From: Octopus sinensis
Taxonomy: Eukaryota
DNA length: 7,893 bases
Reading direction: 5' to 3'
NCBI RefSeq assembly: GCF_006345805.1
Contig: NW_021828767.1
Coordinates: forward strand, 1 to 7,893
The notes beneath the pieces are model-generated. The model saw only the letters and a list, made by a program, of their open reading frames with translations. It was not told the DNA's origin and searched no databases. This document shows positions 1 through 7,111 of the stretch, one piece after another. The translations under genes were made by a program, and so were the position numbers. Position 1 is the stretch's first letter. Each line of letters opens with the position of its first letter.

Positions 1-790
1 TGGAACTTACCTGCATTAAACTGCTGTTGTTGTCCTCAGCCCACCTGTATATTGTTGTCCAGTCATGTTGCAGATGCGCAATATTTTCAGGGTTTTGTAT
101 TGCGTGGGAGACTTTTGTGTCATCTGCATAGCTAGCAAGGGTGGTCATCGTAGCAACTGAAGGCATGTCTGAAAGGGCCACTATGAACATCAGTGGCCCT
201 AGACAGTGCCCTGGGACACCGCTTGCTATTTGCGTTTCCTTGGAGGTGGCTCCATTGCTCACAACTGCCTGTTTTCTGTCTTTTAGGAAGTTGTGCAGCC
301 ACTCTCCCCAGTTTTCCGCCTATGCCGAGACCACGCAGTTTGTGACAGATCATACCATGGTCGACTTTATCAAAGGCTTTTGCAAAGTCGAGATATATTA
401 CATCCACATTTGAGCCATTTAGTAGCTGTTTCACACCCAGTCATAGTGTTTGCAGGAGCTGTGTTAGGCAGCCTCTACCTGGTCGAACCATGCTGGGTGT
501 CAGACAGCAAGTCATTTTCTTCAAGGAACATGATTAGTTTCTTACGGACTATTCGTTCATGACTTTTCTGATTGTGAGGTCAGAGAGATAGGCCTATAAT
601 TTTTAGCATCTGCTCTGCTACCTCCCTCATGGATAGGGCATATTACCCCCTCTTTCAATTTGACTGGGAGCTTACCACTTGCAAGAAAGGCTCTGAAAAA
701 GAAGCTGTAGCGTTTTGCAAGGGCTCGTTTGCACGATTTGAGAAGGATCGCTGGGAATCCATCAGGTCCAGCCGCTGAGTTTATGTCAAT
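1..790 (-). pseudogene. Frameshifted reverse transcriptase domain of the LINE ORF2
   Basis: AGPDG, NYRPISLTS, YLDFAKAFDKVDH (ORF 132..434), SGVP/GPLMF and YADD motifs lie in several frames. Confidence 0.9.
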
Positions 791-1499
791 CTCATCTATG
801 CTAGTGTGATATCATCTCTTCGATGTTGATACTCAATTTTTGCCTCTTTGGCCGCAGGATAAGTGGCAAAGAATTCTTCTGGGTTGTTTACTTGCCTGTG
901 TCCTAAAGGTGTAGTGAACACACTTTGGAACTGTTCGTTCAGTATTTCACTTATCCTCGTGGGATTTCCTGTGAGAGAGCCATCTTTTTGGAAGAGAGGT
1001 CCTATTCTCTGGTGCACTGTGGCTGTCTCTTTGGCAAACTTAAAGAAAGCTTTAGGGTTTGATTTTATATTTTCTATTACCCAAGCTTCTTTATCTGCTC
1101 TCTCCTTTTCATGGGACTGATGTAGACTTTTCTCAGTTTCCATTAGCATTCTTTCGAGCCGAGACTTCTCACCACTTTTGGTGTGTTTGCTCAGGCGGTT
1201 CGCAGTCCTTGTCCGTCGTCTCATAAGAATCCTCCTTTCTCTAGGGATCCTGTTTTTGTTCTTGTGTGTGCTGGCCCTGCACACTGGGACATATTTGTCA
1301 CATATAGCTTGTATTATGGACATGAAGTGTTTGTGTTTCATGTTTATGTCCGGTGTGGAGAGACATTCAGGCCAATCCTGTTTGAGAATCTCTTTCTCAA
1401 TCAACTTCCAGTTGGCTTTATGAAAGTTTAAGTTGGAGAGATGGTGGATGCTTCGTATAGGCTGTGTATCTACGGGGGCTTTTGTTCCATACATAGACA

Positions 1500-1998
1500 G
1501 CTCTATTATGTTGTGATCCGAGATCATTGTCGGCATCACATTAACATTATGGATAATATCCATATTGTTTGTGAAGCAGAGATCCAGTATATTATCTGCC
1601 CTTGTTGGTTGCAGAACTATTTGCTCCATGAAAGAGGCATTTGTGAGATGGAGCAGGGACTCCACCTGTGCCTGCTGATGGGGTGTCATCCCTGGGAGCA
1701 TCTGCCCCCAGGCCATTCCACATTGGGGAGGTTTAAAGTCACCATGAAGAATACACTGTTGTGTTGTTCAAGGTTGGTGAGGACTTCTCCTATTTTGTAG
1801 GCAATCTTCAAACATGCTTGAGTGTTTTGGGCATCTGGTGGGCGATATGTAGTGCATATGACGATATTCAGTTGTCTTATGTGTACAATTGAGTTTCACA
1901 TACTGAGTTTGAATATGACAGCAGGACCTGGGTGTAAGGTCATCTCGGATGTACATTGCAACTCCACCATGGCTCCTCCCTTTTCTATCTGTGCGTAT
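1500..1998 (-). pseudogene. Frameshifted APE-type endonuclease domain of the LINE ORF2
   Basis: The DR-x-x-R-x-x-GGV, YRPP, GDF, PTR..LDL and SDH motifs are split among different minus-strand frames (ORFs 1768..1956 and 796..1716). Confidence 0.88.
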
Positions 1999-2020
1999 AT
2001 GTATACATATATATATATAT

Positions 2021-2107
<87 letters not shown>
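1996..2107. repeat. (TA)n microsatellite, slightly interrupted
   Basis: Read directly from the sequence. Confidence 0.97.
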
Positions 2108-2112
<5 letters not shown>

Positions 2113-2368
2113 CACACGCTGACGAGAGGTCAATACCTCGAAACTCGAGTCCGTGTGTATCATAAGTTGAAGACGGGAGGGATGACTTCCCTTTGCAAAT
2201 ACTGACAGGACACAGAAAGTGTGTCTATGGCCAGCTGGAGGATGTGTCCTCCTGGGGCTAAAAACTACAGTAGCATCCACCCTTAGGGGTAGCCATATTG
2301 AGATGGCAAATATACGTCACGATGTGTTACCGCTACTGTATATAACTCACTTTGATATTTATCATTGT
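2108..2368 (+). mobile_element. Hammerhead-bearing structured module, probable Penelope-like pLTR or retrozyme remnant inserted in (TA)n
   Basis: Non-coding ~260 bp with higher GC than its flanks, bounded by (TA)n on both sides. It begins with the hammerhead, contains many short hairpins, and has ATTGT at both ends (2108-2112, 2364-2368). Family assignment is inference. Confidence 0.5.
2113..2157 (+). ncRNA. Type I hammerhead ribozyme (canonical core, palindromic stem III)
   Basis: Stem I CACACG (2113-2118)/CGTGTG (2152-2157); core CTGACGA (2119-2125); stem II GAGGT-caat-ACCTC (2126-2139); GAAA (2140-2143); stem III palindrome ACTCGAGT (2143-2150); cleavage triplet GTC with predicted cut after 2151. 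Confidence 0.9.
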
Positions 2369-2420
2369 TATATATATATATATATATATACATATGTATG
2401 TATATATATATATATTATAT
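2369..2420. repeat. Interrupted (TA)n microsatellite
   Basis: Read directly from the sequence. Confidence 0.93.
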
Positions 2421-2544
2421 GTATATTGTTATATTTCGGAATGGTCATATTGCCAGTTTAGCCAATAAAAACACACGCACTATATATTTGGTGTTATTTT
2501 GCTTCAGTGATATTTATTTTTTACATTAATCTTAATCTTATTTC

Positions 2545-2590
2545 GGCCAAAGTTCTTTCGTCACACCTCCTGTGACCGCATCAGTGGTCC
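2545..2590 (-). ncRNA. Non-canonical hammerhead-like motif (left palindrome arm)
   Basis: Reverse complement of the motif at 3484-3528, with one extra base in loop II. Confidence 0.4.
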
Positions 2591-2904
2591 TTTGTTTTCT
2601 TCTCACTTACTTGTGTCTCTCCTTACTAACCGTCCAGCCATTTTGTATTTCTATTGTATGTCTTCATTTGCGCATGCTTATATCTCTATGTGCGTCTATG
2701 TTTATTTAGTGTGGTGTGAGTGGGATGCCTGTAATATTTGTATCTTCTGGTTATATACATTCTTGTAATTTGTATTTTGTTTTTGTTGTTGTTGCTTTTG
2801 TTCTAATTTTGTTCATGTGTTTACATCCACCAATTATTATCATTACATATGCTTGTATGTATGTATAACAACAATATTAGTATATAATAATAAATCTAAT
2901 TGAA

Positions 2905-2913
<9 letters not shown>

Positions 2914-2935
<22 letters not shown>

Positions 2936-2946
2936 TATAATACATA

Positions 2947-2996
<50 letters not shown>

Positions 2997-3003
2997 CATA
3001 TAT
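2914..3003. repeat. (TA)n/(TACA) microsatellite inside the left palindrome arm
   Basis: Read directly from the sequence. Confidence 0.93.
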
Positions 3004-3097
3004 ACACACACCATACATACACATATACATATATTAGTTATTCATTCCTATAGGAATGAATAACTATATTATGTATATGTGTCTGTATGTGTGTGTG

Positions 3098-3099
3098 TA

Positions 3100-3161
<62 letters not shown>
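3098..3161. repeat. (TA)n microsatellite inside the right palindrome arm
   Basis: Read directly from the sequence. Confidence 0.95.
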
Positions 3162-3170
<9 letters not shown>

Positions 3171-3483
3171 CAATTAGATTTATTATTATTATTACTAATA
3201 TTGTTGTTATACATACATACAAGCATATGTAATGATAATAATGGGTGGATGTAAACACATGAACAAAATTAGAACAAAAGCAACAACAACAAAAACAAAA
3301 TACAAATTACAAGAATGTATATAACCAGAAGATACAAATATTGCAGGCATCCCCCTCACACACACACTAAATAAACATAGACGCACATAGAGATATAAGC
3401 ATGCGCAAATGAAGACATACAATAGAATACAAAATGGCTGACGGTTAGTAAGGAGAGACACAAGTAAGTGAGAAGAAACCAAA

Positions 3484-3528
3484 GGACCACTGATGCGGTC
3501 ACAGGAGTGTGACGAAAGAACTTTGGCC
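3484..3528 (+). ncRNA. Non-canonical hammerhead-like motif (right palindrome arm)
   Basis: GG-a-CCA / TGG-CC stem I; core CTGATGC+G instead of CTGANGA; stem II GTCACA-ggag-TGTGAC (3498-3513); GAAA (3514-3517); short stem III AG-aa-CT; triplet CTT. Confidence 0.45.
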
Positions 3529-3703
3529 GAAATAAGATTAAGATTAATGTAAAAATAAATATCACTGAAGCAAAATAACCCAATATATAGTGCGTGTGTT
3601 TTTATTGGCTAAACTGGCAAGATGACCATTCCGAAATATAACAATATCTGTTTCAACACACGACTTCACATAAAAAATCTTGCACAACAAATATTTAAAC
3701 GTA

Positions 3704-3842
3704 TTATATGTATATATATATATATATTATTATATTATACATATAATATATATATATATTATATATATATATATTAGATATATATATATATATATATAAT
3801 AATATATATATATATAACATATATATATGTATTATATATATA

Positions 3843-3882
<40 letters not shown>
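3704..3882. repeat. Long interrupted (TA)n microsatellite
   Basis: Read directly from the sequence. Confidence 0.95.
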
Positions 3883-3885
<3 letters not shown>

Positions 3886-4066
3886 TGTATGCATATGTTT
3901 ATACATACACATGTGTGTATGTACATTTATGATATATATCTCCAAATACAAATATAGAATTTCGCTCACACACACATACTTAAACATGTGTTGTGTGTTC
4001 GCGCGCATACTTATGTGTGTTTATGAATACGCATATAGAGACAGAGGGATTGTTAAAAGATGGATT

Positions 4067-4154
4067 GACAGACAGACATACAGGCAGACAGATAGATAGA
4101 AAGATAGAGACAGATAGAATGATAAATAGATAGATAGACAGATAGATAGGTAGG

Positions 4155-4221
<67 letters not shown>

Positions 4222-4222
4222 G

Positions 4223-4271
<49 letters not shown>

Positions 4272-4309
4272 GACGGTTAGATAGATAGATATATGGTTAG
4301 TTAGACAGA

Positions 4310-4353
<44 letters not shown>

Positions 4354-4414
4354 GCGATAGATAGATGGTTAGATAGATAGATAAATAAACAGATTGACAG
4401 ACAGACAGACAGAT
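4067..4414. repeat. Compound (GATA)n/(GACA)n tetranucleotide microsatellite
   Basis: Near-pure GATA array at about 4156-4270, with GACA blocks on the flanks. Confidence 0.96.
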
Positions 4415-4641
4415 AAAAAAATTGTTTAGCTCTTAAATGATATATATATGGAGAATTAATTTTAGTTTAAGTATTATATATCTATATATCTTAGGTTTAT
4501 TTTTAATATCGTTGATACTTTGTTGTGAATGCACGCACACACGCATGCGTAGGTAGACATTTATGTATGTGTGTGTGTATAGATGTGTGTGTAAGAAATA
4601 AGTTAGCGTCTAAATATGAAGGAATATCGATTGTCCTAAAA

Positions 4642-4837
4642 CTTTTCAAACTTTTTGCTGGAGCGGAACCCCAAGGAAACATTCCACTGGCTCGAGGAAC
4701 CCCTGTGCAATAATTTAATAGTCTTATGCACACATATCTGCACAGGAGAATTAAAAATTACTGCCAATTTTGGCAGTTTTGTAACTTCTTGTGGAACCCC
4801 TGGACAGTACTGGCGGAACCCTGGTTGAAAACCACTG
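4642..4837. mobile_element. hAT-superfamily non-autonomous element (MITE), ~196 bp
   Basis: Flanked by an 8-bp direct repeat TCCTAAAA (4634-4641, 4838-4845). The right end reads GGTTGAAAACCACTG (reverse complement CAGTGGTTTTCAACC) and the left end C-TTTTCAAAC (damaged TIR). Four GGAACCC(C) subterminal repeats. An 8-bp TSD and CAG termini are typical of hAT elements. Confidence 0.8.
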
Positions 4838-5015
4838 TCCTAAAATATCGCACAATATAGGATAATTCGGTTTAGTTGCCCAAAAGACCTAGTTCAAGTA
4901 CACGGGATGGTACGAGAAACTGGCACTGAAATACGGGGAAGGAGACCGACTATCTTGGAGTCCCTGAACCGTAGCAGTCAACAGAGAGATTGGGAAGGTG
5001 AATAAGTCTCTGGTT

Positions 5016-5252
5016 AAGGCGGCGAGCTGGCAGAAACGTTAGCACGACGGGCGAAATGCGTAGCCGTATTTCGTCTGCCGTTACGTTCTGAGTTCAAATT
5101 CTGCCGAGGTCGACTTTGCCTTTCATCCTTTCGGGGTCGATAAATTAAGTACCAGTTACGCACTGGGTCGATGTAATCGACTTAATCCCTTTGTCTGTTC
5201 TTGTTTGTCCCCTCTTTGTTTAGCCCCTTGTGGGTAGTAAAGAAATAAGAAA
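5016..5252 (+). mobile_element. tRNA-derived SINE
   Basis: tRNA-like head GGCGGCGAGCTGGCAGAA with an A-box-like motif; B-box GTTCAAATTC (5092-5101); central domain GCCTTTCATCCTTTCGGGGTCGATAAATTAAGTACCAG (resembles Deu/Nin-type SINE domains from memory); A-rich 3' end. No clear TSD. Confidence 0.85.
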
Positions 5253-5581
5253 CCTTACCACACAACCTCTCCTGTGATATAGTTTTTTTTCTTCTTGTCG
5301 ATATTGGCAATATTGAATGAAAGGTGTTTGTGGAATGTGTAGATATCAGTTTTGAACATTTTTTTGATTTCTCTGAAGAAAACCTTAATGTGTTTGGTGG
5401 GGTTTTTTTTTCATTTATTAAACCTTTCCATTCTTTCATAACATTTGTTAGAGGATTAGTTGTTTTTTTCTATTTTTAAACTTACTCTTTAGATTTTGCT
5501 GAGAAAACCAACATTTAAAGTTTTCTCGATGTTTGTCGTGGAATTTACGACATTAGAAGCCGAACCTCGTTTCCTGAAAAT

Positions 5582-5793
5582 TACCAGGGGTGCTTCAAGC
5601 TTTAAGGGTACCACGAAAGGCTTGGCTGGAGGTCTAAATTTCTTAGTTCTTTTACAGGTCTTTAAAAAACTGAAGGACCGCTGCAATAAGTCTATGAATC
5701 TGAGAGGGAAATATGTTGAGCAAAATCATATTCAACTGATCCGCCTATATTTTCTTTTACCCAAAGCCAGGACCTTTTCAGCAAGCCCTCGTG
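5582..5793 (+). mobile_element. Mariner-derived MITE, degenerate
   Basis: The left end TACCAGGGGTGCT..GCTTTAAGGG is an imperfect inverted copy of the right end CCAAAGCCAGGACCTTTTCAGCAAGCCCTCGTG. Internal 5670-5723 translates LKDRCNKSMNLRGKYVEQ, resembling the mariner transposase C-terminus (..RW.KC....G.YVE). Confidence 0.65.
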
Positions 5794-5925
5794 CATCCAC
5801 ATTTTTCTGGTGTATCCCTTGTGGTTAACTATCGCATCGGAGACAATCTCTTCTAGATTACATTGAGTTGAAGCAGATTTGAAAGTCTGAAATTTACATC
5901 TAAGTGTAGAGAAGGTGTACAGAGT

Positions 5926-6105
5926 CTATTTTTATTTATTTATGCGCCCTTTTCAAGCCTAGCCAGGCTCATGGGCCCGGTTTCCCGGTTTATATGGCGT
6001 ATGCCCCCCCCCCCAGCTGGACGGGATGCCAGTCCATCGCAGCCGAAACCGCCATCCTCCGACCGCGAGTCCGCTTCCCTAACCACTGGCCCATTGCGCC
6101 TCCAC
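5926..6105 (-). mobile_element. Short (~180 bp) tRNA-derived SINE with target-site duplication
   Basis: Direct repeat GTACAGAGT at 5917-5925 and 6106-6114 (extends to 13 bp with one mismatch). Minus-strand head GGAGGCGCAATGGGCCAGTGGTTAGG (A-box), a partial B-box GGTTTCG, then a tail GCGATGGACTGGCATCCCGTCCAG... ending in (TAAA)n. Confidence 0.82.
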
Positions 6106-6486
6106 GTACAGAGTATATATACTTAAGATTTCTTTTTCTGAGATAAAGGCAATTCTTAAAGTTTTTAGTCGTTAGCAGCCATGTATAATGTTATTCTTTC
6201 TGCTTTCGAATCGTCAGCGCGGTATAACTTGAGAAAAATAACGAATACAGATGTTATCCATCTAATTTTCAATTAGATACTTAACGTGCTTCGCTTTTTA
6301 AACATGAAGTCAAGAGTACCCGATGCATAAATTAAAGGGTACATATTTTATTAGAACCTAAAGCTTGCTGAATCGTGAACCAAGGTTCCATATCGTCGAT
6401 TATTCAACCACTTGAAGAAATAAGTAGCATGACGAAAGATATGCAGAAATATCCATAAACATTAGTCATAAAATTTCATTAGTCGT

Positions 6487-6643
6487 AGGAGTGGCTGTGT
6501 GGTAAGTAGCTTGCTTACCAACCACATGGCTCCGGGTTCACTCCTACTGCGTGGCACCTTGGGCAAGTGTCTTCTACTATAGCATCGGGCCGACCAAAGC
6601 CTTGTGAGTGGATTTGGTAGACGGAAACTGAAAGAAGCTCATC

Positions 6644-6731
<88 letters not shown>

Positions 6732-6924
6732 TCACCCCAACATCGCTTGACAACCGATGGTGGTGTGTTTACGTCCAGTAACTTAACGTTTCGACAAAAG
6801 GTACCGATAGAATAAGTATCAGGCTTAACAAAATATAAGTATTTGGGTCGCTTTATTCAACCAAAAATTCTTGAAGGCGGTGCTCCAGCACAGCCGCAGT
6901 CTAATGACAGAAACAGGTAAAATA
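6487..6924 (+). mobile_element. tRNA-derived SINE with CORE-like motif and an internal compound microsatellite
   Basis: A-box TGGCTGTGTGG (6492-6502); B-box-like GGTTCACTCC (6535-6544); CCTTGGGCAAGT motif (MIR/CORE-like); internal (TA)n(GT)n; 3' tail AAGGCGGTGCTCCAGCA...GAAACAGGTAAAA. Continuity across the microsatellite is inferred from recall of this family. Confidence 0.75.
6648..6728. repeat. (TA)n followed by (GT)n microsatellite
   Basis: Read directly from the sequence. Confidence 0.96.
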
Positions 6925-6966
6925 TCAACAATGTGTATTAGGTTAGTGCTTGCAAAAATGAGAAGT

Positions 6967-7002
6967 CTTTAATATTTCGAGCATATGCTCTTCTACGGAA
7001 AG
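6967..7002 (-). ncRNA. Degenerate compact hammerhead-like motif (probable Penelope-like terminal remnant)
   Basis: Minus strand reads CTTT-CCGTAGA-A-GAGC-atat-GCTC-GAAA-TAT-T-AAAG: stem I CTTT/AAAG, stem II GAGC/GCTC, ATAT palindromic stem III. The core has two substitutions relative to CTGANGA. Confidence 0.45.
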
Positions 7003-7029
7003 GATAGAAGAGAAGAGAAAAATAGAGAT

Positions 7030-7111
7030 CCAGTCAGATACTGGAGCCGGTGTAATCGAATAGTTGCCAACCCCCAAATTTCAGGCCTTGTGCCTATAGT
7101 AGAAAGAATTA
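7030..7111 (+). mobile_element. 5'-truncated SINE fragment
   Basis: CCAGT-cagat-ACTGG-AGCCGGTGTAATCGA aligns with 5152-5180 of the SINE at 5016-5252. It is followed by a different tail, CCCCCAAATTTCAGGCCTTGTGCCTATAGTAGAAAGAATTA. Confidence 0.6.

Larger units (their letters stand above)
1..1998 (-). mobile_element. CR1-group non-LTR retrotransposon (LINE) fragment, ORF2 region; 5'-truncated within the endonuclease, 3' end outside the window
   Basis: Minus-strand translation across frameshifts gives, in order: EN motifs IRTDRKGRSHGGVAMYIR, YRPP, GDF, PTRADNILDLCFTN, SDH (1513-1521); then RT motifs AAGPDG, NYRPISLTS (575-601), YLDFAKAFDKVDH, SGVP..G..LGPLMF and YADD (119-130). Clade assignment is from motif style only. 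Confidence 0.93.
2423..3647. repeat. Giant near-perfect inverted repeat (fold-back palindrome) centred between 3050 and 3051 with no spacer
   Basis: 2423-2913 is the reverse complement of 3161-3647 (roughly 97% identical by manual comparison). The inner microsatellites are mirrored, and the centre is a perfect 32-bp palindrome TAGTTATTCATTCCTA|TAGGAATGAATAACTA (3035-3066). Confidence 0.96.

Noticed and set aside
141-1800. Plus-strand ORFs overlapping the LINE (141..413, 293..562, 863..1120, 1178..1423, 1183..1431, 1441..1800)
   Set aside because: They are antisense shadows of the LINE ORF2 with no recognisable motifs.
3035-3066. Palindrome centre as a sequencing hairpin adapter or a protelomerase site
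   Set aside because: The sequence does not resemble the PacBio SMRTbell adapter as recalled, and nothing in the window indicates a telomere resolvase system. An adapter-free fold-back artefact remains possible and is covered in the findings.
3207-3583. Hydrophobic ORFs suggesting membrane proteins
   Set aside because: They reflect T-rich low-complexity sequence, and the frames are broken by indels in the mirrored arm.
1822-4099. ORFs rich in IY/YI/CV dipeptides (1822..2205, 1956..2165, 2020..2280, 2219..2461, 3064..3258, 3704..3886, 3827..4099)
   Set aside because: They are translations of (TA)n/(TG)n microsatellites, which lack stops in some frames; there is no coding signal.
4067-4414. 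GATA array as a CRISPR-like or regulatory array
   Set aside because: It is a simple tetranucleotide microsatellite with no unique spacers.
5373-5379. CTGAAGA core-like heptamer
   Set aside because: No downstream stem II-GAAA arrangement.
5496-5828. 110-aa ORF as a host gene
   Set aside because: It is a chance fusion of flanking DNA and the mariner MITE; only the short transposase C-terminal remnant is recognisable.
6204-6217. CTGACGA-TTC-GAAAG on the minus strand as a hammerhead
   Set aside because: Only 3 nt lie between the core halves, so no stem II can form, and no convincing stem I or III was found.
5016-6545. tRNA genes at the SINE heads (5016, 6105 minus, 6487)
   Set aside because: No complete cloverleaf or acceptor stem; each continues into SINE body or tail sequence.
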